NCBI GenBank assembly: GCA_045634425.1
Contig: JAZRAF010000097.1
Coordinates: forward strand, 1 to 63,810
Origin: Eubacteriales bacterium
GTDB lineage: Bacteria; Bacillota; Clostridia; Oscillospirales; CAG-272
Direction of reading: 5' to 3'
Length of the DNA: 63,810 bases
Part shown: piece by piece, positions 19,166 through 27,851 of the stretch
How the letters are laid out: each line of letters begins with the position of its first letter
Position numbering within the stretch: the first letter of the stretch is position 1
The notes under the pieces: generated by a model
Told to the model about the DNA's origin: nothing
What the model saw: only the letters and a program-made list of their open reading frames with translations
The model's database searches: none
Translations under genes and position numbers: made by a program

Positions 19166-20422
19166 ATGTCTGAAAACGTGATGGGAAAAGCTATTTTAGT
19201 TACTATCGCCTCGTCGGGCTCTGAGGTCGAGGAGTGCGAGCGTAGCTTAAACGAGCTTGAAAATTTGCTTAACGTCGCAGGTGCTGAGGCATTTGCCAGA
19301 GTTGTACAGGTTAAGGACTCCTTTGATCCCCGTACCTGCATAGGTAAGGGCAAGGTCCAGGAGATAGCCGAGCTTTGTAAAAATAACGGTATTGAGCTTG
19401 TCGTATTCGACTTCGAGCTCTCGCCCGCGCAGATAAGAAATCTTGAAAACGATATAGCGTCCGACGTGCGCATTCTTGACAGAAGTATGCTCATCCTCGA
19501 TATTTTTGCGCTCCACGCAACGAGCGGAGAAGGAAAGCTGCAGGTCGAGCTTGCACAGCTTAAATATTCTGCCCCCAGACTCACAGGTCACGGCACCGAG
19601 CTTTCCCGACAGGGTGGTGGTATCGGCTCTCGCGGACCCGGTGAATCTAAGCTCGAGACCGACCGACGCCATCTTAAGGAGAAGGTTGCAGCACTCGAGG
19701 CTCGCCTTCGTGAGCTTGAAGAAAACAGAGCGGTTATGCGTGCAAAGCGCGACAGAAGCGGAATACCCAAGATCGGTATCGTTGGCTATACCAACGCCGG
19801 AAAATCGATGCTCCTTAATAAATTGACAGGTGCAGGCGTCCTCTCCGAAAACAAACTGTTCGCAACCCTTGATGCAACGACCAGAAAGGCAGAGCTCCCT
19901 TCGGGAGAAAGCGTGCTTTTCACCGATACTGTCGGATTTATCAGAAAGCTTCCGCACCACCTTGTAAGAGCGTTTAAATCTACACTCGACGAGGTCTGCT
20001 ACTCCGACGTACTTCTTATAGTTTCCGATATCAACGACACTGAGGTGATTGAGCACATCAAGGTCACCGAGCAGGTAATTGAGGAGCTTGGCGCGGCAGA
20101 TAAGCCCAGAATTTACGTATATAATAAGTGCGATCTCTTTGAGGGAACTATTGACGGCAATACCGAGAACACGATATTTATCTCTGCAAAGACGGGCGAG
20201 GGCATCGATGAGCTCCTTTCGGCGATCGAGCTTGAGCTTTCCCGCCTTAAGAGAAACTATAAGCTGCTCGTTCCATACGATAAGCAGACTATCGTCAGCT
20301 CGCTTTATGCGAACTTTACCGTCGTTTCGGTCGAATATGCGGATAACGGCGTTTTGGTCGAGGCAACGCTTGACGAGCGCGGCCGCGGAATGTACCGCGA
20401 TCTTATCGTAGAAGAACAGTAA
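19166..20422 (+). CDS. hflX: GTPase HflX
   Basis: 418 aa. HflX N-domain (FDFELSPAQIRNLE), LQVELAQLKY, and G1 motif GYTNAGKS. Confidence 0.95.
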   Translation: MSENVMGKAILVTIASSGSEVEECERSLNELENLLNVAGAEAFARVVQVKDSFDPRTCIGKGKVQEIAELCKNNGIELVVFDFELSPAQIRNLENDIASDVRILDRSMLILDIFALHATSGEGKLQVELAQLKYSAPRLTGHGTELSRQGGGIGSRGPGESKLETDRRHLKEKVAALEARLRELEENRAVMRAKRDRSGIPKIGIVGYTNAGKSMLLNKLTGAGVLSENKLFATLDATTRKAELPSGESVLFTDTVGFIRKLPHHLVRAFKSTLDEVCYSDVLLIVSDINDTEVIEHIKVTEQVIEELGAADKPRIYVYNKCDLFEGTIDGNTENTIFISAKTGEGIDELLSAIELELSRLKRNYKLLVPYDKQTIVSSLYANFTVVSVEYADNGVLVEATLDERGRGMYRDLIVEEQ

Positions 20423-20434
20423 AAAGAGGGAAGT

Positions 20435-21052
20435 ATGGAAGCATATACTACTATTCGCCGCGAGGGCGTGTTTGAATATGAGGATAGAAAATCCATATTT
20501 ATCGGCACCGCCGTTCCTGTCTCTACCGAGCAGGATGCGTTGGCATTTATAGCCTTTATCAAAAAGAAATATCCCGATGCGCGTCACCACGTGTACGCCT
20601 ACGTTCTCAGAGAAAACTCCACGATGCGCTTCTCCGATGACCACGAGCCGCAGGGAACTGCAGGTATGCCTGTTCTTGATGCTATTCGTAAGAACGGATG
20701 CACCGATACCGCAGTTGTGGTAATACGTTATTTTGGCGGCACGCTTCTTGGCACGGGCGGACTTGTACGCGCTTATTCTGCCGCGGCAGTCGGTGCACTC
20801 GAGAATGCAGAGATCATAACCTACGATATTTATACCGAGATAAAGCTCGTCGTGTCCTACTCCGACTATCAGCGTATAACTCCGATAATTTCGGAATCAG
20901 GCTTCAGAGTTGCCGAGACCGCGTATAGCGAGTCGGTCGTGCTTAACGGCCGCATCAGCAAGAATAAGGCAGATGCGTTTATAAATACCGTAAATGAGGC
21001 AACCTCAGGCCGTGCAAAAAGCGAAATTTTGCAAGAAATTTTTGACTTCTAA
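20435..21052 (+). CDS. yigZ: YigZ/IMPACT-family protein (UPF0029)
   Basis: 205 aa. DARHHVYAYVL, DDHEPQGTAG and VVVIRYFGGTLLGTGGLVRAY. Confidence 0.85.
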   Translation: MEAYTTIRREGVFEYEDRKSIFIGTAVPVSTEQDALAFIAFIKKKYPDARHHVYAYVLRENSTMRFSDDHEPQGTAGMPVLDAIRKNGCTDTAVVVIRYFGGTLLGTGGLVRAYSAAAVGALENAEIITYDIYTEIKLVVSYSDYQRITPIISESGFRVAETAYSESVVLNGRISKNKADAFINTVNEATSGRAKSEILQEIFDF

Positions 21053-21116
21053 AAACTAAAGTGTTTTAAATCACATCTCCGTATATTATGGTGAATTTTC
21101 AGGAAGGAGGAGAAAA

Positions 21117-22886
21117 ATGATAACGAAAGAAACCGTTGATGAGGTTTTGATCCGTAACGACGTCGAGTCGCTTATAGGCAGCTACGTTTCTTTGAAACGT
21201 GCAGGATCCAATCTCAAGGGCCTGTGTCCGTTCCATAGTGAAAAATCTCCCTCCTTTACCGTTTATCCCGCCGATAACAGCTTTTACTGCTTCGGTTGCG
21301 GCATAGGCGGCAATGCGATCACCTTTATAAGGCAGATCGAGCATCTTGATTATCCCGATGCGGTGGAGTTTTTGGCAAAAAGAGCCGGAATAACCGTCGT
21401 AAGGGATAACGAAAATAATTATCAGAAGAGCAGCGGTCTTTCTAAGGATCGACTTTACAAAATGAACGTCGATGCCGCAAAGTTCTTCCACGCTATGCTC
21501 TTCAGCCAGAATCCCAAGGCAAAAGAGGCACTTGCGTACTTTACCGAAAAGCGCGGACTCTCACTTGCTACTATAAAGCATTTCGGTCTTGGATTTGCTC
21601 CCGACGGTGGCTATGCAACCCTTGATTATATGACCAAGCTTGGATACACCAAGGACGAGCTTGTCGAAGGCTTCTTCGCTTCAAAGAGCGAGCGTGGCAC
21701 CTACTTCGATAGCTTCCGTAACCGTGTAATGTTTCCCATAATCGACGTGTCGGGAAATGTCATCGCCTTCGGCGGCCGAGTAATGGATGATTCCAAGCCT
21801 AAGTACCGTAACACTATGGACACTCCCGTGTTCAAAAAATCGAGAAATCTGTTTGCGCTTAACTTTGCAAAGCAGGTCTGCTCCGAGTCTATCATCCTTT
21901 GCGAGGGATATATGGACGTAATCGCAATGCACTCTGCGGGCTTCACCAATGCGGTGGCAACCCTCGGTACTGCGATCACAGCAGAGCAGGCAAGGCTTAT
22001 GAGCCGATATACCAAAAAGGTCATAATCTCCTACGACGCCGACGAGGCCGGACAAAAGGCCGCGCAAAGGGCGATGAAGATGCTTGACGAGGTCGGTCTT
22101 GAGGTCGGTGTTATCAAAGTACCCGGTGCAAAGGACCCCGACGAGTATATCAAGACTTACGGAAAAGAGAAATTCCGCGAGGTCATCTCGGGCTCTAAAA
22201 CCAAATTCGAGTACAATATGGACTCAGTGCTTTCTCGCTTCGATCTCAACATACCGCAGGACAAGATCAACGCCCTGTTAGAGCTCGAAAAGATGATTTC
22301 CTGGGTAAATTCCAAGGCAGAAAGAGATATTTATATACAGTCGGTTTCACAAAAAATAGGCGTTGATCCCAAGAGCGTACGCGATGACGTTGAACGCCTG
22401 GTAAAGAAAAACCTCTATTCGCAGCGTAAGGGCGACAACGAAAAGCTCAAACAGCAGGCGGCAGGCTTTGGTGATAGGGTGAATCCCGATTATGCTAAAG
22501 CGCCCACAGTCGCAGGACACGAGGAGAACGTTCTCGGACTCTTGCTGTTGTATCCCGAGCACCGCAAGAAGGTATTTACCGGCGGGCTCTTAACCGAAGA
22601 AGATTTCTTTACAGATCTTAACCGCAGGGTTTTTGAATATACAAAGCTCCTTTATGAAGCCCCGAATGAAGAAAATCTTGACGTTAATTTTCATTTCACC
22701 CCTGACGAGGTTGGCAGGATCTCAAAGATGAAGATATCAAGAATGAATCTCTCCGACAACGGCGATGCAGTTCTTGACGAGTCGATCTCGCTTCTTAAGG
22801 ATGCGATGAAAAAGAAGAATGCAGCATCGGCAACGACCTTTGATGCGCTTAACGATCTGATTAACTCTATGAAAAATAAAACATAA
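21117..22886 (+). CDS. dnaG: DNA primase
   Basis: 589 aa. Zinc ribbon (CPFHSEKSPSFTV...FYCFGCG) and TOPRIM domain (ILCEGYMDVIA...YDADEAGQKA). Confidence 0.96.
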   Translation: MITKETVDEVLIRNDVESLIGSYVSLKRAGSNLKGLCPFHSEKSPSFTVYPADNSFYCFGCGIGGNAITFIRQIEHLDYPDAVEFLAKRAGITVVRDNENNYQKSSGLSKDRLYKMNVDAAKFFHAMLFSQNPKAKEALAYFTEKRGLSLATIKHFGLGFAPDGGYATLDYMTKLGYTKDELVEGFFASKSERGTYFDSFRNRVMFPIIDVSGNVIAFGGRVMDDSKPKYRNTMDTPVFKKSRNLFALNFAKQVCSESIILCEGYMDVIAMHSAGFTNAVATLGTAITAEQARLMSRYTKKVIISYDADEAGQKAAQRAMKMLDEVGLEVGVIKVPGAKDPDEYIKTYGKEKFREVISGSKTKFEYNMDSVLSRFDLNIPQDKINALLELEKMISWVNSKAERDIYIQSVSQKIGVDPKSVRDDVERLVKKNLYSQRKGDNEKLKQQAAGFGDRVNPDYAKAPTVAGHEENVLGLLLLYPEHRKKVFTGGLLTEEDFFTDLNRRVFEYTKLLYEAPNEENLDVNFHFTPDEVGRISKMKISRMNLSDNGDAVLDESISLLKDAMKKKNAASATTFDALNDLINSMKNKT

Positions 22887-22900
22887 GGATGGTGTAAATA

Positions 22901-23965
22901 ATGGCAAACGAAAAATTACAGGCAACCAATATCATCGATTCTAAGAACGACGGTGGTATCCTTAACTCTAATATTATGAAGACTCTTGAGGATATCGATT
23001 ACGATATTTCTCAGGCGGACCTTGACAACGTTGCTCCCGATGATCTTGACGGCGACGCGTTTAAGGAAATAGAGAAGGACGTTGAGTCCTACGAGGTTGA
23101 AAAGATGGAGAAGCTCCTTCTCCAGGAAGGCCTTGCTATTGACGACCCCGTTCGTATGTACTTGAAGGATATCGGTAAGATTCCGCTTCTTTCTCCCGAA
23201 CGTGAGAAGTATCTTGCCGAGCAGATCGCCCTCGGCTCTAAGGCTGCAAAGGACGAGCTTATTGAGGCGAACCTTCGTCTCGTTGTAAGTATCGCAAAGC
23301 GCCACGTTGGTAAGGGTATGTACTTCCTTGACCTTATCCAGGAGGGTAACCTCGGTCTTATCAAGGCGGTAGAGAAGTTCGATTACAGCAAGGGCTACAA
23401 GTTCTCCACCTATGCAACCTGGTGGATCAGACAGGCAATTACACGCGCTATTGCAGATCAGGCTCGTACCATTCGTATTCCCGTACATATGGTCGAGACT
23501 ATTCACAAGGTATCGAGAACCGCTCGTCAGCTTCTTCAGGAGTACGGCAAGGAGCCTACCACTGATGAGATCGCTGAGCGCCTCGGCATCACCCCCGACA
23601 AGGTACGTGAGATTATGAAGATAGCACAGGACCCCGTGTCGCTTGAAACTCCCATTGGTGAGGAAGAGGATAGCCACCTTGGCGATTTCGTTGAGGATAA
23701 CGACTCGCCCGCTCCCTCCGACAGCGCTTCCTACGCTCTCCTTCGCGAGCAGCTTTGCAACATTCTTCACACCCTCACTCCCCGTGAGGAGCAGGTTATC
23801 AAGCTTCGCTTCGGTCTTGAGGACGGCCGTCCCAGAACCCTTGAAGAGGTTGGTAAGCAGTTCCAGATCACCCGTGAGCGTATAAGACAGATTGAGGCAA
23901 AGGCGCTGAGAAAGCTCAGACACCCCTCTCGCTCCAAGACCCTTAAGGACTATCTTGCGAACTGA
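22901..23965 (+). CDS. rpoD: Primary RNA polymerase sigma factor (SigA/RpoD)
   Basis: 354 aa. Acidic region 1.1, region 2 ([30 protein letters not shown]) and region 4 ([30 protein letters not shown]). Confidence 0.97.
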   Translation: MANEKLQATNIIDSKNDGGILNSNIMKTLEDIDYDISQADLDNVAPDDLDGDAFKEIEKDVESYEVEKMEKLLLQEGLAIDDPVRMYLKDIGKIPLLSPEREKYLAEQIALGSKAAKDELIEANLRLVVSIAKRHVGKGMYFLDLIQEGNLGLIKAVEKFDYSKGYKFSTYATWWIRQAITRAIADQARTIRIPVHMVETIHKVSRTARQLLQEYGKEPTTDEIAERLGITPDKVREIMKIAQDPVSLETPIGEEEDSHLGDFVEDNDSPAPSDSASYALLREQLCNILHTLTPREEQVIKLRFGLEDGRPRTLEEVGKQFQITRERIRQIEAKALRKLRHPSRSKTLKDYLAN

Positions 23966-24011
23966 TTTTAAAATAACTTGTTTATTTTTAATTATTTAAT
24001 AGTAAAATCAC

Positions 24012-24040
24012 TTGACATTTTGTCCAAAATATTGTAAAAT
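24012..24040 (+). promoter_or_regulatory. Sigma-A-type promoter upstream of the lipoprotein gene
   Basis: TTGACA (24012-24017), 17-nt spacer ending in TG, then TAAAAT (24035-24040). Confidence 0.5.
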
Positions 24041-24079
24041 ATTTGAGATGACATATATTCTCGGAGGTTTCATTCCAAA

Positions 24080-25171
24080 ATGAAGAAAATTTTATGCTTG
24101 TTATTGTGCTTGATCTTCGCTTCATTCATGCTCGTGAGCTGCGGTGATGATGAAATCGGCAAGGTGCCTGAACATTATCCTGAGCCCGAACCTGAGATCG
24201 AAGAGGTTTCACTCAACTTATACATCATCGTTGACGAGGCTACCTCCGACAACGCAGTACAGACTGTTAGCCGTATGATAGCTCAGCACACTCTTGCTAC
24301 CTATCACACTGAGGTTAACGTTAAGTACATCTCTGCTGCAGAGTACGAGACTACCGCACTCAATGCGGTTAACTCTACCGGCGCTGATGCTGCTAACATC
24401 GTTCTTGTAAATTCTTACGACCTTATGACTAAGCTCGTAAACACCGGCAAGATCGAGAACGTTAATCCTTACCTTCAGCTTCCCGCTTACGGTACTCTTA
24501 ACGTAAAGATTCCCACCACTCTTATTGACGCTTGCACTTGGGGTGTTGATGAAGAGGGTAACGAAGTAGTTTACGCTATCCCCAACAACCACGTTATCGC
24601 TCAGTATCAGTACCTCGTTATCGATAGAGAGGTAGCAGAGCAGCAGCTTAAGTACAGCTTGACCGAGCTTCTCAGCTACACCACCTACGATGCAACCGCA
24701 CAGCTTCGCGCTGATATGGAAAAGGCCGGCTACAATGCCGAGGAGTTTGTTTACATACAGAACGGTGCATATGCACTTAAGGGCGAGCTTGAAGCTAACA
24801 ACAAGAACGTATGTAACATAATCCAGAATCCTACCGTTGATCTTGATGAGGCTTATTCCTCCGCATTCGCAATCGTTGATACCGGCAACGACGTAATCGA
24901 CGACCGTGCAATGCAGATCATTTACGCGCTCAATAGCGACGCTGAGCTCCGTAACCTTCTTCAGTACGGCGTATACGGTACGAATTACACCCTTTCCGAT
25001 GACGGTGAAATTCTTATGGTAAGCGACGAGATGAATACCTACCGTATGAAGCTCGAGTACACCGGTAACATTTTCGTAGCAAGCTACTGCGATGAGATCG
25101 GCTGGACTGCTGAGGTTGCCGCAAACGGAGAAAAGCAGAACGCAGCTTCCGTATTTAATTCAGCTAATTAA
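24080..25171 (+). CDS. Lipoprotein, distantly resembling family-1 extracellular solute-binding proteins
   Basis: 363 aa. Signal peptide with lipobox (FMLVS-C-GDD). Segments IVLVNSYDLMTKLVNTGKIENVNPYL and VVYAIPNNHVIAQYQYLVIDREV resemble SBP_bac_1-type motifs. No permease or ATPase gene is adjacent. Confidence 0.6.
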   Translation: MKKILCLLLCLIFASFMLVSCGDDEIGKVPEHYPEPEPEIEEVSLNLYIIVDEATSDNAVQTVSRMIAQHTLATYHTEVNVKYISAAEYETTALNAVNSTGADAANIVLVNSYDLMTKLVNTGKIENVNPYLQLPAYGTLNVKIPTTLIDACTWGVDEEGNEVVYAIPNNHVIAQYQYLVIDREVAEQQLKYSLTELLSYTTYDATAQLRADMEKAGYNAEEFVYIQNGAYALKGELEANNKNVCNIIQNPTVDLDEAYSSAFAIVDTGNDVIDDRAMQIIYALNSDAELRNLLQYGVYGTNYTLSDDGEILMVSDEMNTYRMKLEYTGNIFVASYCDEIGWTAEVAANGEKQNAASVFNSAN

Positions 25172-25179
25172 ATCTGCAA

Positions 25180-25210
25180 GAAAATCGGGTGCAATGCTCC
25201 CGATTTTCTT
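25180..25210 (+). terminator. Hairpin terminator after the lipoprotein gene
   Basis: 10-bp stem gaaaatcggg/cccgattttc, 9-nt loop, short T-rich tail. Confidence 0.55.
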
Positions 25211-25247
25211 ATAGTTATATCAATTAAAATACGCCACAGAGGTTTGT

Positions 25248-25973
25248 ATGATCAAGAAAACTAAAGAAACGACGTTTAAGGACATCGTAGAAATTTTCCT
25301 TCCTAAATTATGGCTTATGCTGCTCGTTGCAGTCGTTTGCGCAGCTGCATTATCCGTATATTCTGCCGTTATTAAGACCGACACCTACACTTCGTCCTCG
25401 ATCGTGTACGTTTATAACGAGAGAACTAACTCTACCACGACTTCTACTAACGATCTCCAGGCTGCTGAGCAGATGGTTAGTGTTTATAACATCGCTATCA
25501 AGAGCGACAAGTTTTTGAAGCTTGTAATCGGCAACGGCTCTCTTTCTAAGTACCAGCTTTCTCCCGCAGCGATCAAGAAAATGATCAAGATCACTCAGGT
25601 TGATGAGACTGCTGTTTTCCAAATTGCCGTTACCTCTAACGATCCTATGCTTGCATACGACGTAGCGGTAGCAGTTACCAGCGGTATTGAGACTTATATT
25701 CAGGGCGAGAGCGGACTTGTTAAGAATGCGCTTCTCTCAAGCGTTCTTGAGGATCCCTCGATTCCTAAGGCTCCTAACGGCAAGGGCACTGTGAGCAACG
25801 CGCTTATCGCCTTTGTTGTCGGATTTGTTATCACCGCAGTTATCGTTTGGGCTTACTCCTTCTTCGACGTAGTTATTCGTTCTACCAAGAAGATCGAGGA
25901 TAACCTTGACATTCCTGTTCTCGGTGTTATTCCCAGACACGAAATTTCAATGGCAGAGGAGGGAAGATCGTAA
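25248..25973 (+). CDS. Wzz/CpsC/TkmA-type transmembrane modulator of a BY-kinase
   Basis: 241 aa. Two TM helices flank an extracellular domain. The cytoplasmic C-terminal tail is IPVLGVIPR. TAATG junction with the kinase gene. Confidence 0.8.
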   Translation: MIKKTKETTFKDIVEIFLPKLWLMLLVAVVCAAALSVYSAVIKTDTYTSSSIVYVYNERTNSTTTSTNDLQAAEQMVSVYNIAIKSDKFLKLVIGNGSLSKYQLSPAAIKKMIKITQVDETAVFQIAVTSNDPMLAYDVAVAVTSGIETYIQGESGLVKNALLSSVLEDPSIPKAPNGKGTVSNALIAFVVGFVITAVIVWAYSFFDVVIRSTKKIEDNLDIPVLGVIPRHEISMAEEGRS

Positions 25974-26713
25974 TGCTTTTTAAGAAGAAAAAGGCACACT
26001 CCAACGATAAGATCGACGAGCTTCGCCTTATTGATGATAATACTCCCTTTGCTATAAACGAGGCTTTCAGAGCTCTTTATACCAAGGTGCTTTATCTTCC
26101 TATCGAGGATAAGTGTCGCAAGATCGCACTTACTAGTGCTTTCTCCGGTGAGGGAAAGACCTATATTTCCATCAACCTTTCCATCACTCTTGCAAAGAAC
26201 TCCGAGACTAAGCGCGTGCTTCTTATCGACTGCGATATGAGAAAGCCCCGCGTTGCCCGTATCCTTGCCAGATATCATAACGAGCAGGCTGCAGCAGGCG
26301 GTCTTTCCGAGTACCTTGCAGGAATACACGATGAGCCTAATATCATCGCTACCGATATCCCTAATTTCTCCATCCTTTTCTCGGGTGCTGAGAGCGCGAA
26401 TCCCATCGGTCTTATTAACTCTAAGAGAATGAGCGACCTTCTTGAGAAGTGCGCTGAGATGTTTGACTACATAATCCTCGATACTCCCCCTGTTACCGTA
26501 GTATCCGATGCAGTTCTTCTTGCTGATAAGATCAACGGTTACATTATGGCATCGAGAGCAGAGTATTCTAACATCAACTCGCTTTCCGAGGCTGTTCAGA
26601 TCGTTCGTAACGTTGGCGGCGAGGTGCTTGGCGTTGTTCTTTCTTCCGTAAACCCCAAGAACGCGAGCGGCGCTTACAAGACCTACAAGAATTCCGGTTA
26701 TTATTCTAACTGA
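25973..26713 (+). CDS. CpsD/CapB/PtkA-type bacterial tyrosine kinase (BY-kinase)
   Basis: 246 aa. Walker A SAFSGEGKT, Walker A' LLIDCDMRKP, Walker B IILDTPP, and a C-terminal Tyr cluster YKTYKNSGYYSN. Confidence 0.88.
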   Translation: MLFKKKKAHSNDKIDELRLIDDNTPFAINEAFRALYTKVLYLPIEDKCRKIALTSAFSGEGKTYISINLSITLAKNSETKRVLLIDCDMRKPRVARILARYHNEQAAAGGLSEYLAGIHDEPNIIATDIPNFSILFSGAESANPIGLINSKRMSDLLEKCAEMFDYIILDTPPVTVVSDAVLLADKINGYIMASRAEYSNINSLSEAVQIVRNVGGEVLGVVLSSVNPKNASGAYKTYKNSGYYSN

Positions 26714-26728
26714 TCCGAGGACACTTAA

Positions 26729-27424
26729 ATGGAAAATACGAGACTCGACGTTGTCGATTTTCACTCGCATATTCTCCCCGGTGCGGATCACGGATCTTCA
26801 TCGGTTGAAACCTCACTTAAGCAGTTAAAGCTGGCAAGCGATGCCGGCGTAACACGCATAATCGCAACCCCTCATTTTTATCCTCACAGACATACGCTTG
26901 ACAAGTTTCTTGAAAAGAGAGAAGAATGCGCAAATGCACTTTTCTCCGCTTGCGACGGCGCGCTTCCTGAGGTGAAAATAGGTGCTGAGGTGCTGCTTTG
27001 CGAGGGACTTGAGAAGCTCCCCGGCCTCGAAAAGCTCTGCCTTAGTGGCACGAACTATCTCTTAATCGAGCTTCCTTTTGCTGATTTTCGCCACGAGTAT
27101 TGCGATACCGTCGAAAAGATTCAGAAAAGCGGCTTGAAGGTAATTTTGGCACACGTTGACAGATACGCAAAGGAAAATATCGAGCAAATGATCGATATCG
27201 GCGTTGAAAGACTTCAGGTAAATGCCGATTCCTTGGATAAAATGTTTAAGCCCAAGCATATACTCGAGTGGGCAAAGCGCGGGTACGTTATCGCACTCGG
27301 CAGTGATATCCACAATGATGATGCAAAGGCATATAAGCATTTCACAAAGGCAAAGTCCGTGCTCGGTGACTCGCTTGAGATGATCCGTGCAAAATCCGAC
27401 GACATATTCAATTCTATGAAATAA
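26729..27424 (+). CDS. CpsB/YwqE-type PHP-family protein-tyrosine phosphatase
   Basis: 231 aa. DFHSHILPGADHGS, ATPHFY and LGSDIHN metal-ligand motifs. Confidence 0.88.
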   Translation: MENTRLDVVDFHSHILPGADHGSSSVETSLKQLKLASDAGVTRIIATPHFYPHRHTLDKFLEKREECANALFSACDGALPEVKIGAEVLLCEGLEKLPGLEKLCLSGTNYLLIELPFADFRHEYCDTVEKIQKSGLKVILAHVDRYAKENIEQMIDIGVERLQVNADSLDKMFKPKHILEWAKRGYVIALGSDIHNDDAKAYKHFTKAKSVLGDSLEMIRAKSDDIFNSMK

Positions 27425-27426
27425 GA

Positions 27427-27464
27427 AAAGCCAGCCGAGCGACTTGTGCTTCGGTTGGCTTTTT
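27427..27464 (+). terminator. Rho-independent terminator after the phosphatase gene
   Basis: Stem gccagccgag/cttcggttggc (with G-U pairs) followed by TTTTT. Confidence 0.7.
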
Positions 27465-27485
27465 AAACTAATTTTAGAAAATGGG

Positions 27486-27514
27486 TTGATTTTTCGCGCA
27501 CTTTTATATATAAT
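27486..27514 (+). promoter_or_regulatory. Sigma-A-type promoter for the Cys-rich protein gene
   Basis: TTGATT (27486-27491), 17-nt spacer, TATAAT (27509-27514). Confidence 0.5.
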
Positions 27515-27536
27515 TGTAGCAGTAGAGGTGATACGT

Positions 27537-27809
27537 ATGAAAAACGGGTATACATATTTTAAAAATGAAGAGTGCGAATATTTTCCTTGTCACAAAACGT
27601 CGGGCGAGGTCTTTAACTGTATGTTCTGCTGCTGTCCTTTGTTTCCATTAGGCGATAAGTGTGGTGGCAACTTTGTATATCTAGAGAACGGCGTTAAGGA
27701 TTGCTCCGGCTGCCTTATCCCTCATACCGAAAAGGGCTATGACTACATAAACTCAAAGATCCGCGAGGTCTCTGAGATGGCTAAAAACAATAGAGAAACT
27801 AACAAATAA
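27537..27809 (+). CDS. Cysteine-rich small-domain protein (putative metal or Fe-S binding)
   Basis: 90 aa from ATG 27537, with an agaggtg RBS 6 nt upstream. There are 9 Cys in the first 62 residues: EECEYFPCH...FNCMFCCCPLFPLGDKCGG...KDCSGCLIPH. Confidence 0.7.
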   Translation: MKNGYTYFKNEECEYFPCHKTSGEVFNCMFCCCPLFPLGDKCGGNFVYLENGVKDCSGCLIPHTEKGYDYINSKIREVSEMAKNNRETNK

Positions 27810-27814
27810 TATAT

Positions 27815-27850
27815 AAAAAGCTCCGACCAAGATCGGAGCTTTTGTTTTTG
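27815..27850. terminator. Bidirectional terminator between the convergent Cys-rich gene and citXG
   Basis: Stem gctccga/tcggagc extended by aaaa/tttt. An A-run lies upstream and a T-run downstream. Confidence 0.75.
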
Positions 27851-27851
27851 A

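Noticed and set aside
19247-20644. 465-aa antisense ORF opposite hflX and yigZ.
   Set aside because: Same register artefact. It crosses the hflX/yigZ intergenic junction only because both genes share a frame. No motifs were found. Both sense genes are clearly recognisable.
27444-27536. N-terminal extension (TTG start) of the Cys-rich ORF, which would add a hydrophobic 31-aa leader.
   Set aside because: The extension begins inside the upstream terminator hairpin and spans the predicted promoter. ATG 27537 has a proper RBS.
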